In this document: one piece after another, positions 18,076 through 27,630 of the stretch
How the letters are laid out: each line of letters opens with the position of its first letter
Numbering within the stretch: the stretch's first letter is position 1
Notes under the pieces: generated by a model
What the model saw: the letters and a program-made list of their open reading frames with translations, nothing else
The model's database searches: none
What the model was told of the DNA's origin: nothing
Position numbers and translations under genes: made by a program
Assembly: GCA_026391255.1 (NCBI GenBank)
Contig: JAPLDU010000057.1
Coordinates: 6,973 to 70,972, forward strand
From: Bacteroidia bacterium
GTDB taxonomy: Bacteria; Bacteroidota; Bacteroidia; Bacteroidales; JAPLDU01
Direction: 5' to 3'
Length of the DNA stretch: 64,000 bases

Positions 18076-18107
18076 CAATCTTTTTTGAGAACGATAAAAA
18101 ACAGATA

Positions 18108-20744
18108 ATGGAAATACCAGCAAAGTACGATCCTGTCGAGAAGGAAGATAAATGGTACCGGTATTGGATGGAAAATGGCTTTTTCAGATCAGTCCCTGAT
18201 AGCAGGGAGCATTACACTATTGTAATCCCGCCGCCGAATGTAACCGGTGTGCTACATATGGGTCACATGCTGAACAATACCATACAGGATGTACTTGTCC
18301 GCCGCGCAAGAATGTTGGGTAAAAATGCCTGCTGGGTTCCCGGGACTGACCATGCCTCTATTGCTACTGAAGCTAAGGTGGTGGCGAAACTCAGGGATCA
18401 GGGTATCAGCAAATCTGATCTCACACGGGAAGAATTTCTTAATGCTGCCTGGGAATGGACAGAAAAACATGGCGGAATAATACTCGAGCAACTTAAAAAG
18501 CTTGGAGCTTCCTGCGATTGGGAAAGAACAAAATTTACCATGGACCAGGAATTGTCTGAAAGTGTCATTGATGTCTTTATAGCACTATATAAGAAAGGCC
18601 TTATTTACCGCGGAATCCGGATGATCAACTGGGATCCTGCTGCTAAAACCGCATTATCTGACGAAGAAGTCATCTATAAAGAACTCCAGTCAAAATTATA
18701 TTATATACGGTACAAAGTGGTTAATTCGGAAAATGAATGGGTTACCATAGCCACTACCAGGCCGGAAACAATTTTGGGTGACACCGCTGTCTGTGTTCAT
18801 CCTGAAGATGAACGCTATTTTCATATTAAAGGTAAAAGTGTATATGTTCCGCTTATTAAAAGAATCGTTCCGGTTATTTCCGATGAGTATGTCGACAGGG
18901 AGTTTGGCACCGGCTGCCTGAAGATCACTCCGGCCCATGATGTAAACGACTACGCAATAGGAATAAAATATAACCTTCCATCTATCGACATATTCAATGA
19001 AGATGGCAGCATGAGCGAAGCAGCCATCCTGTATACCGGGAAAGACAGGTTTGAAGTAAGAAAACTGATCACCCAGCAACTGACTTCAGAAGGAAATCTG
19101 GTAAAGATTGAAGATTACGTAAACAAAGTAGGATTCTCCGAACGGACTGACGCAGTTATTGAACCTCGTCTTTCAATTCAGTGGTTTCTTAATATGAAGG
19201 AAATGGCCGTACCGGCACTCGAAAATGTTTTAAATGATAATGTTCAGCTTGTACCATCGAAGTTTAAAAATACTTACCGCCATTGGATGGAAAATGTCAG
19301 GGACTGGTGTATTTCGAGGCAGTTATGGTGGGGACACCGTGTACCGGCATATTATATTGCCGGTTCTAAAGAATTTGTGATAGCAAAAAATGCACAGGAA
19401 GCTTTGTCTCTTGCCCGTGAAAAAACCGGCAATCTTTCACTTCAGTTGCAGGATCTGAAACAGGATGAAGACGTACTCGATACCTGGTTCTCCTCCTGGT
19501 TGTGGCCCATTTCCGTATTTGATGGTATCAGGTTCCCTGGGAATGAGGACATGAAATATTATTATCCTACCAATGATCTGATCACTGCACCGGAAATACT
19601 TTTTTTCTGGGTGGCCCGGATGATCATGGCAGGTTATGAATTTGCCGGAGCAAAACCATTTCAAAATGTTTATCTCACGGGGATTGTACGTGATCACCTG
19701 GGAAGAAAAATGTCCAAATCTCTGGGTAATTCACCGGAACCGCTGGAACTGATCAATAAATATGGTGCTGACGGCGTACGTGTCGGTATGCTACTATGTT
19801 CCCCTGCCGGTAACGACCTTCTGTTTGACGAAGGATTACCTGAGCAGGGCAGAAATTTCGTTAATAAATTATGGAATGCATTCCGGCTAATTAATGGATG
19901 GGAGGTGGATATTAATCTGCAACAACCTGAAGCATCCCGTATTGCCGTCGAATGGTTCTCTTCCGTTCTCAACCAGAATATCGTTCAACTTGATGAACAA
20001 TTCGCAAGGTTCAGAATTTCCGAGGCACTCATGACAGTTTATAAATTGATAAGAGATGAATTTTCTTCCTGGTACCTTGAAATAGTAAAACCTCCTTTCA
20101 GGCAATCGATTGATAAGAAAAGTTACGATGCAACCATCGCCTATCTTGATAAACTTTTGCATTTCCTGCACCCTTTTATACCTTTTGTTACCGAAGAGAT
20201 ATGGCACCTCATTAATGAACGAAGAAAAGGCGATAGTCTCATGATCTCATTGTTGCCAAAACCAGGTTATTTTGATCAGGAACTTACCGATAAATTTGAT
20301 ACGGCACGGGAAATAGTCGCCAATGTTAGAAAGATCAGGAATGACAGGAATATTCATGCAAAAGACCACGTTCATCTTTATATACGTGATACTTCAGAAA
20401 CATTTGATCACTTGCTTGACCCGGTACTCATAAAGCTTGGTCTGCTAACTGCAGTCAGCTCCTTCGGTGATAAGGCAGATCATTCCGCAGCATTTATCAT
20501 TAAATCCTGGGAATTCTATATTCCCCTGGAACATAAGATCGATAAAGAAGAGGAAATTAAAAAACTTCTCGGTGAACTTGAATATACCAGGGGTTTTTTG
20601 GATATGGTAATGAAAAAGCTCAGCAATGACAGATTTATTCAAAGCGCTCCTGAAAAAGTGTTATTGCTCGAACAGGCCAAAAAGGCAGATGCTGAGGCAA
20701 AGATAAAAGTGCTCCTCGGGAATATCGAAAACCTGAGAAAGTAA
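18108..20744 (+). CDS. valS: Valine--tRNA ligase
   Basis: [13 protein letters not shown] (HIGH) and KMSKS motifs, with a coiled-coil C-terminus. The ORF track starts at 18042, but those 22 codons are AT-rich and hydrophobic. ATG 18108 (MEIPAKYDP...) fits ValS N-termini. Confidence 0.93.
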   Translation: MEIPAKYDPVEKEDKWYRYWMENGFFRSVPDSREHYTIVIPPPNVTGVLHMGHMLNNTIQDVLVRRARMLGKNACWVPGTDHASIATEAKVVAKLRDQGISKSDLTREEFLNAAWEWTEKHGGIILEQLKKLGASCDWERTKFTMDQELSESVIDVFIALYKKGLIYRGIRMINWDPAAKTALSDEEVIYKELQSKLYYIRYKVVNSENEWVTIATTRPETILGDTAVCVHPEDERYFHIKGKSVYVPLIKRIVPVISDEYVDREFGTGCLKITPAHDVNDYAIGIKYNLPSIDIFNEDGSMSEAAILYTGKDRFEVRKLITQQLTSEGNLVKIEDYVNKVGFSERTDAVIEPRLSIQWFLNMKEMAVPALENVLNDNVQLVPSKFKNTYRHWMENVRDWCISRQLWWGHRVPAYYIAGSKEFVIAKNAQEALSLAREKTGNLSLQLQDLKQDEDVLDTWFSSWLWPISVFDGIRFPGNEDMKYYYPTNDLITAPEILFFWVARMIMAGYEFAGAKPFQNVYLTGIVRDHLGRKMSKSLGNSPEPLELINKYGADGVRVGMLLCSPAGNDLLFDEGLPEQGRNFVNKLWNAFRLINGWEVDINLQQPEASRIAVEWFSSVLNQNIVQLDEQFARFRISEALMTVYKLIRDEFSSWYLEIVKPPFRQSIDKKSYDATIAYLDKLLHFLHPFIPFVTEEIWHLINERRKGDSLMISLLPKPGYFDQELTDKFDTAREIVANVRKIRNDRNIHAKDHVHLYIRDTSETFDHLLDPVLIKLGLLTAVSSFGDKADHSAAFIIKSWEFYIPLEHKIDKEEEIKKLLGELEYTRGFLDMVMKKLSNDRFIQSAPEKVLLLEQAKKADAEAKIKVLLGNIENLRK

Positions 20745-20890
20745 TCTTCTATCTTATTTACTTTTTCGAAATCTGATTTCAGCTGATCAGTTTTTATATA
20801 CTTTTGTATTTGCAGATTCAATGGGCATTTATTATTAAGATAATTATCCGGGTTTTGCAGACTGAAGAATGTGAAAATGTGATTATACTT

Positions 20891-20936
20891 ATTGCCTAGT
20901 GCCTATTGCCTATTGCCTAGTGCCCAGTGCCTGATT
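20891..20936. repeat. tgcctat heptamer array next to family 1 copy 2
   Basis: attgcctagtgcctattgcctattgcctagtgcccagtgcctgatt. Confidence 0.75.
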
Positions 20937-20949
20937 AGTCGCTTAAGAT

Positions 20950-21040
20950 AGCAAACTTATCAACATGTTGTCGCTAAACATATTCCCGTGAAACGGATTT
21001 TATTTTCAAATTTTCAAATTTGCACATTTTCAAATTAATT
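20950..21040 (-). repeat. Dispersed repeat family 1, copy 2 (inverted), ending 25 nt upstream of the pepP start
   Basis: The reverse complement reads aatttgaaaatgtgcaaatttgaaaatttgaaaataaaatccgtttcacgggaatatgtttagcgacaacatgttgataagtttgct. Confidence 0.85.
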
Positions 21041-21065
21041 TAGTAACTAATTAAATAATTACGAT

Positions 21066-22460
21066 ATGTTTCCGAAAGAATTATACATCAACCGCCGCGA
21101 GCAATTGCGGAAAAAACTGCAGAGTGGAATAGTTTTATTACCGGGTAATCTTGAATCGCCCATGAATTATCCTTCCAATGGATATCACTTCAGACAGGAC
21201 AGTAATTTCCTGTATTTTTTTGGGGTTGATCTTCCCGGGATTGCCGGTATTCTTGATATTGACGAAGGTAAAGACATTCTTTTCGGAAATGATACTGATA
21301 TTGAGGATATTATCTGGATGGGTCCTCAGAAATCCATGAAAGAATTCGGGACCGACAGCGGAGCTTCCAGGGTGGAACCATATTCCGGATTGGCAACATA
21401 TATCGGATCAGCCATTGCCAAAGGAAGAACCATTCAGTATCTTCCTCCATACAGGCCGGAAAATAAAATGATCATGGGCAAATTGTTAGGTATATATCCT
21501 GACCGCATCAGGGATTATTCTTCAGTTCAGCTTATCAGGGCGATTATCAGCCTGAGAGAAATCAAAGACAGGTATGAAATTGAAGATATTGAAAAGTGTG
21601 AGGATGTTGCTTATGAAATGCACACCACTGCCATGAAAATGGCAAGACCCGGCATCCTTGAAAGCGAGATTTCCGGAGTGATTGAGGGTATTGCCCTGAA
21701 ATATGGAGGTATGATTTCTTTCCCGGTGATCTGTTCCATTCGTGGAGAAATACTGCACAATCATAATCATGGCAATCTTCTGAAAGAGGGCGATTTATTA
21801 ATTACTGATGCTGGTGCTGAATCGTCCCTGCACTATGCTTCCGATATTACCCGTACTTTTCCGGTGACAGGTAAATTTACACAGAAACAAAAGGATATTT
21901 ACCAGATTGTGCTGGATGCCAATAATACGGTGACTGCATCTTCAAAGCCTGGCATGACTTACCAGAGCGTTCATTTGCAGGCTGCCAGAGTGATAGCAGG
22001 CGGATTAAAAGACCTTGGGCTGATGAAAGGGGATATTGATGAGGCTGTTGCAGCCGGGGCTCATGCTATGTTTTTCCCACATGGTCTTGGTCACATGATG
22101 GGCCTCGATGTACATGATATGGAAGATATGGGCGAAGATTATGTTGGTTATGATTCTGAAATAAGCCGTATAGACCAGTTTGGAACTGCATACCTGAGGC
22201 TTGGAAAACGATTGAAACCAGGTTTTGTTATTACAAATGAACCAGGTATTTATTTTATTCCCGAGTTAATCAGCCAGTGGAAAAATGATAATAAATTTAG
22301 TCAGTTTATTAATTACCCGGCCGTTGAGCAGTATCTCGGGTTCGGAGGTATCCGGCTTGAAGATGACATTCTGATCACTGAATCGGGCTGCAGGATCCTG
22401 GGCAAAAAGCGGGTGCCGGTTACAATAAATGAAATTGAAAATATAGTGGGCAATATCTGA
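21066..22460 (+). CDS. pepP: Xaa-Pro aminopeptidase (M24B, aminopeptidase P family)
   Basis: 464 aa with M24 metal-ligand motifs (DAGAE...YASDITRT, HGLGHMMGLDVHD, NEPGIY, IRLEDD). Confidence 0.85.
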   Translation: MFPKELYINRREQLRKKLQSGIVLLPGNLESPMNYPSNGYHFRQDSNFLYFFGVDLPGIAGILDIDEGKDILFGNDTDIEDIIWMGPQKSMKEFGTDSGASRVEPYSGLATYIGSAIAKGRTIQYLPPYRPENKMIMGKLLGIYPDRIRDYSSVQLIRAIISLREIKDRYEIEDIEKCEDVAYEMHTTAMKMARPGILESEISGVIEGIALKYGGMISFPVICSIRGEILHNHNHGNLLKEGDLLITDAGAESSLHYASDITRTFPVTGKFTQKQKDIYQIVLDANNTVTASSKPGMTYQSVHLQAARVIAGGLKDLGLMKGDIDEAVAAGAHAMFFPHGLGHMMGLDVHDMEDMGEDYVGYDSEISRIDQFGTAYLRLGKRLKPGFVITNEPGIYFIPELISQWKNDNKFSQFINYPAVEQYLGFGGIRLEDDILITESGCRILGKKRVPVTINEIENIVGNI

Positions 22461-22550
22461 ATTAATTTGAAAATTTGAAAATGTGCAGATTTGAAAATTA
22501 AATCCGTTTTACGGGAATTAGATTAGCGACAACATTTTGGTAAGTTTGCT
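22461..22550 (+). repeat. Dispersed repeat family 1, copy 3, starting 1 nt after the pepP stop
   Basis: attaatttgaaaatttgaaaatgtgcagatttgaaaattaaatccgttttacgggaattagattagcgacaacattttggtaagtttgct. Confidence 0.85.
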
Positions 22551-22568
22551 GTCTGAAGAGACTAGGAA

Positions 22569-23310
22569 ATGATAATTATTCCCGACAATTAAAGTACAAA
22601 AATTTGGAAGGCTATACCAGTTTCGGAAAGGTACCGATAAGGTATCGATCATTGGGCGAGGGAAATACGATTGTTCTTCTGCATGGTTATCTTGAATCCC
22701 TCGAAGTTTGGGGGAAATTCGAATATTTACTGGCAAATCATTTCAGGGTTGTAAGCATTGATTTACCCGGGCATTAACTGGATATTCCCTGGGAGGATAT
22801 GTCAGCCTTGCCTTCCTTGAAAAGTATCCTTCAAGATTATCCGGAATTTGTCTGATGCATTCAAATCCCTGGAGCGACCAACCAGAAAAAAAAGCCAATC
22901 GCGACAGGGAAATCGAACTGGTGAGATCTGGTAAAAAGAATATAATAGCTTCTAATAACATGATCCAGTCTTTCTCCGATACGAATACACAATTGATGAA
23001 AACAGAAGTTGACAGGTGCATTCAGATGGCCGTCTCCACTCCTGATGACGGTATCATTGCTATGCTGGAAGGGATGAAAGTCAGGCCGGATCGAAGTGAA
23101 ACGCTGAAAAAATCAATTTTACCTGTTTTATTGATCTTTGGTAAGTACGATCATTATCTGCCTCTCGATAAAGCTTTGACCATGACTCAATTATTGGGAA
23201 TACCCACTTTTCTTGTCCTTGAAAATTCAGGCCATATGGGGTTTCTTGAAGAATCTGAAATAGCTTCTGACTTTATTATCAAAAATATTCAATCAGTTAC
23301 TTCCTGGTAA
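22569..23310 (+). pseudogene. Alpha/beta-hydrolase pseudogene with an internal deletion, a frameshift and an unclear start
   Basis: The frame with pos mod 3 = 2 reads ...[45 protein letters not shown], then TAA at 22775-77. The frame with pos mod 3 = 1 opens at 22762 and reads ..GYSLGGYVSLAFLEKYPSRLSGICLMHSNPW... through to SGHMGFLEE and the stop at 23310. About 30-40 aa normally separate DLPGHG from the GxSxG elbow, and they are missing here. No clean ATG exists in the N-terminal frame; ATG 22569 is in a third frame. Confidence 0.75.
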
Positions 23311-23325
23311 AACAAGCATCCGGAA

Positions 23326-23354
23326 GATTGGGATTTGAGGATTTGAATATTTGG
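23326..23354. repeat. ggatttga octamer array downstream of the hydrolase pseudogene
   Basis: gattgggatttgaggatttgaatatttgg. Confidence 0.6.
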
Positions 23355-23468
23355 AAAAGAAAATTCAATCAAACATAATTCAGGTTAATCTCTAAACATG
23401 AAAAAGAATATTTTTCATGACTTCTTATCTACAGCCAGTTTAACTGCCAAACGAAATAAAAATACATA

Positions 23469-23506
23469 GACTAAAAACCTAAAAGCCTTTATCCTATCTT
23501 CCTGAT
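23469..23506. repeat. ctaaaa(a)cct word array
   Basis: gactaaaaacctaaaagcctttatcctatcttcctgat. Confidence 0.6.
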
Positions 23507-23841
23507 CAGTTACTTGTTATTATTAACTTTTCAGATTCGACAATTAAAATACATTTAAATTAATCTTCTGTGCTTGTCAGATTCTGTTATTTCTGATTTT
23601 TTTGCTACTTTTGAATGTTGTAAAAACATTAATTAATGGATTGTTTGTAATTACATAATATTCAATTGAATATTAATATTTTTCAAAAATTTATTAATTT
23701 ATTATTAAAAATTTCAAATAAGGTTTGTACTTTTCGACATAATTTTTTATGTTTACTGTTTGTAAAAAAATGAATTATAAGGGATAAGTTTACTTTTATA
23801 TGATATTGATTAATTGCGTTGTTTGCAATAAGGTAGCTTTA

Positions 23842-23874
23842 TTGTCTGCGGGAATTTTGCAAAATTTATATTTG
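23842..23874 (+). promoter_or_regulatory. Candidate Bacteroidota-type promoter for gene A (-7 box TAtaTTTG)
   Basis: tatatttg at 23867-23874 is the only TAnnTTTG match I found when scanning between about 23840 and the ATG at 24043; I did not scan 23311-23840. attg at 23841-23844 lies 22 nt upstream. This implies a 5' UTR of about 165 nt. Confidence 0.25.
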
Positions 23875-24042
23875 CTTCCTTTCCGTGCTTTATATATAAA
23901 ATCCTGCTTTCCGGTATCCCGGATAGCTTTTTTCATTTCATTTTCTGAAAAATCATGCCAATAGCATGAATTCAAATTAAATTAGTTAAGATATTATAAA
24001 TAAGAACATTAGTTAATAAACAATAATTTAATACCTAAGATT

Positions 24043-27000
24043 ATGAGAATGTTTACTAATTTTTTACGGAGTAGTAAAATTTCTGTATCAGATGTAAGAT
24101 TGCTGGGTTTCATTGTACCGGTATTTTTACTGTTGGTAAGTTTTCAGGTTAGCAATGCACAGTTATCGGTTAGTGTGACTGTTCAAACTGCCCTTATGTG
24201 CAATGGTGATACCAATGGTGCCTTACAGGCTAATCCTGATGGAGGCACTGCACCATATAGCTATCATTGGAGTAATGGGGTATCTACCCAGATAGCCAGT
24301 AATCTGGTTGCAGAAACTTACAATGTTACGGTTACAGATCATAACAGTAACACGGCTTCAACATCATATACGCTTACACAACCAACCGAGTTGGCAATTT
24401 CTTTTACTTCCCATCCTGTTACATGTTATGGAGGAAGCGACGGTGAAATTACTGCTTCTGTTTCCGGTGGTATTTCTCCGTATTTTTATCTATGGGGAAA
24501 TGGCAATACTACTGACAGTTTATCAGGTTTGCCTTATGGTGAATATGGTATTACCGTATTTGATGCCAACAGTTGTGTTGTACAGTCTTCTTTCCTGTTA
24601 ACACAATCACTCCAGATCAAAATATTCCAGAGCGGAATTCTAAATATCTTATGTAATGGAGCCAGCACGGGCTACATACACATTACCTATACAGGTGGTG
24701 TTTCTCCTTATCAGTTTCTGTGGACAGGGGGTTATACTACTCAGAATATTGACAATGTTCCGGCCGGAAACTATACTGTTACTCTGACGGATTCAAACGG
24801 ATGTAAGGCGACTAAAGCTTTTACCCTTACACAGACAGCTGTGATAAATCCGGTGATTACTCCCGTGAATGTTGTCTGTAGCGCTGACCTGACAGGCTCT
24901 TTATCTGATTCAATCACCGGAGGTACAAGCCCGTATTCATACACTTGGTCCACCGGCGCAACAACTAAGAATATTTCCGGACTGGGCACTGGTACATACA
25001 GGGTGACGGTAACGGACAGCAATAACTGTAAAAATACTGCATCTGCAAGCATTATTGCTACTTCTTTAATGACATTCTCATTACAAAAAACAGATGAAAC
25101 ATGTTACGGTCTTAATGATGGTTCCGCAACTGTTAATATTTCCAGCGGTAATCCTGTTTATAGTTATCATTGGTCGAACAGCGGAAGCACTGCCACAATC
25201 AGTGGACTCCCCATAGGTAGTTACAATGTTACCGTTACTGATGGAAATGGATGCCCGTTTGTATCTTCGAGTGTTCAGATTGTCGGACCTACACAGATTC
25301 AATATTCTACAACCGTTACTGATGTAACCTGTAATAGTGGATCAGATGGCGCTGTGCAGCTTAGTGTTTCAGGTGGAACAAGTCCTTATACTTTTGCCTG
25401 GGGTAATAATGCAACAACTCAGAATATTTCAGGACTTCATGCCGGAGATTACCAGGTGACAATTTATGACAACAATAATTGTAATACTACTACAAGTGTA
25501 ACTGTTAATCAACCTCCAGCATTGATGGCTTCATTATCAGCAAGCAATGCCTCATGTTATCTTTATAATGTTGCTCTATCCGTTTCAGGAGGAAGCACAG
25601 GTTATTCTTACTACTGGTCTGATTTTTCCAGTAGTACTGGTTTAAGCGGTGTTCTTGCAGGGCATTATTCAGTTACGGTGACAGATAGTCATCAGTGTAC
25701 TGTGACTGCCGGCATATCAATTACACAACCTGATACACTTAAGGTTACCGTTTCCGGTTATCAGAATGTGGATTGTCGTGGAAATTCAAACGGATATGTT
25801 CATATCACAGTGACAGGAGGAACAACTGGATATCAGTACTCTTGGAGCAATTTTGCGACCACCCAGAATATTGATGGTATTTCAGGCGGTACTTACTCAG
25901 TTACCGTTACTGATGCAAAAGGATGCGTGGCTACTGCTCAGCAGATTATCAATGAACCTGCTTCAGGAATTACTGCCATACTGAATGTTACCAATGTGAA
26001 TTGCCATGGTAATTCTACAGGGGCAATCGACCTTATACCCTCAGGTGGAACTTCTCCTTATTCATTCCTGTGGAATAACGGTTCTACTGATGAAGATCTG
26101 TCAGGTATTCCTGCGGGTCCTTATTCTGTAGCTGTTAAAGATACTGATAATTGTATTTACTATTTTTCAACTGAGGTTGAACAACCAGAAGCTGATCTGG
26201 TGATCAGCAATTTCAATGTGACTAATATTAATTGTCATGGTAACCACAACGGAATAGTTACTATCAATGTCACAGGTGGTACTATACCATATTATTATAG
26301 TTGGTCGAATGGTGCTACCAGTCAAAACCTTCTTGGACTTGGACCAGATACTTATAGCGTTGTAGTTACCGACAACCTTGGTTGCACTACTTCGGGCTCG
26401 TACCAGGTTTCTCAGCCGGATACATTGGTTGCAGGTTCTACATATGGTAATATTCTTTGCCATGGAGGTACAACTAATATTTCTGTTTCAGCAACGGGTG
26501 GTGTTGCTCCTTACTCCGGAACCGGAACTTTTACTGTAAACGCAGGACCATATTCATATACTGTAACAGATGCTAACTTATGTACTTCAATTACTTCCGG
26601 TTCAATAAATGAACCTGGCCAACTGTATATTGACCTCAGCGCTTCTCCTTCTTCAATATTATGTAATGGAGGCACATCAACTATTACTATTGGCGCCCAT
26701 GGTGGTGTACCACCTTATCAGGGAACAGGCGATAGTACTGTTACTGCAGGAGGTTATTTATATACAGTTTATGATTCAAACGGTTGTCCTGCTTCCGGAA
26801 CCATTCAGGTGACCGAACCGGGTGTTCTGAATATAAGTGTATCTGCAAATCCAAACCCATTACTTTGTCACGGAGATTCAGCCACAGTCACTGTAACAGC
26901 AAGCTATGGTACTCCACCTTATACTGGTACCGGGATATTTAAAGAAATTGCAGGGACATATTCTTATACTGTTACTGATAATAATGGCTGTTCTGCTTCT

Positions 27001-27070
27001 CAGAATCTGACAATTACTCAACCTGATGCATTGGTTGCAGGTTCTACATATGGTAATATTCTTTGCAATG
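24043..27070 (+). CDS. Giant SprB-repeat cell-surface protein 'gene A', 5' segment (signal peptide plus repeat modules) up to the frameshift
   Basis: ORF-track entry 24043..27414. The N-terminus (..LLGFIVPVFLLLVSFQVSNAQ) is signal-peptide-like. It is followed by repeating C.G..DG.I...V.GG..PY.Y.W....T..I.GL..G.Y.VTVTD.NGC modules. Meaningful repeat translation stops at about 27070, and the 27071-27414 tail is out-of-frame junk. Confidence 0.85.
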
Positions 27071-27630
27071 TACGACTAATATTTCTGTTACTGCAACCGG
27101 TGGTATTTCTCCTTATAGTGGAACTGGTACTTTTAGCGTACATGCAGGACCATATTCATATAGTGTGTCGGATGCTAACGGATGTTCTTCAACTACTTCC
27201 GGTTTTATTTATGAACCTGACCAACTGTATATCGATCTCAGCGCTAATCCTTCTTCAATATTATGTAATGGCGGCACCTCAACTATTACTGTTGGCGCCC
27301 ATGGCGGTGTATCACCATATCAGGGAACAGGCAATTTTATCGTTACCGCAGGGGGACATTTATATACAGTTTATGATTCAAACGGTTGTCCTGCTTCCGG
27401 AACCATTCAGGTAACCGAACCAACTGTTCTGAACATCAGTGTATCTGCAAATCCAAATCCATTACTTTGTCACGGCGATTCAGCCACTGTCACTGTAACA
27501 GCAAGCTTTGGTACTCCACCTTATACCGGTACAGGAACATTCAAAAAAATTGCAGGAACATATACATACACAGTTACTGATCATAATGGTTGTAATGCAT
27601 CACAGGAGATTACAATTACGCAGCCTTCTG
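26423..27630 (+). repeat. Tandem duplication of a 606-bp unit (three ~67-aa modules) inside gene A
   Basis: Copy 1 (26423-27028) and copy 2 (27029-27630) align collinearly at roughly 90% identity by eye. Their first 38 nt (26423-26460 and 27029-27066) are identical. Copy 2 lacks 4 nt directly after that identical run. Confidence 0.85.

Noticed and set aside
18042-18107. The upstream start at 18042 for valS given by the ORF track.
   Set aside because: The extra 22 codons ([22 protein letters not shown]) come from AT-rich promoter-like DNA that contains a TAnnTTTG box. ValS is cytoplasmic, and MEIPAKYDP at 18108 fits known N-termini.
20950-22550. pepP as cargo of a composite transposon or MITE-mobilised cassette.
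   Set aside because: There is no transposase or integrase anywhere in the window, and I could not identify target-site duplications by eye. I kept the inverted flanking repeats as a finding but do not call a mobile element.
22518-23021. Track ORFs 22518..22736 (-) and 22743..23021 (-).
   Set aside because: They are antisense to the clearly recognisable alpha/beta-hydrolase remnants on the + strand.
838-23510. CRISPR arrays among the intergenic tandem repeats.
   Set aside because: The repeat periods are 7-8 nt with no unique spacers of 25-40 nt. No cas genes are present. The 0.6-kb periodicities in 24-64 kb are protein-coding module repeats.
27060-27075. Programmed ribosomal frameshifting or slipped-strand phase variation at the gene A frame break.
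   Set aside because: There is no slippery X_XXY_YYZ heptamer, no homopolymer or short tandem tract at the site, and no obvious downstream stimulatory structure. Comparison with the sister copy shows a simple 4-nt loss.
27071-27414. The 3' tail of track ORF 24043..27414 (…NVRLIFLLLQPVVFLLIVELV…).
   Set aside because: It is an out-of-frame read-through after the 4-nt deletion. It loses all module motifs, while frame 0 carries them perfectly from 27072.
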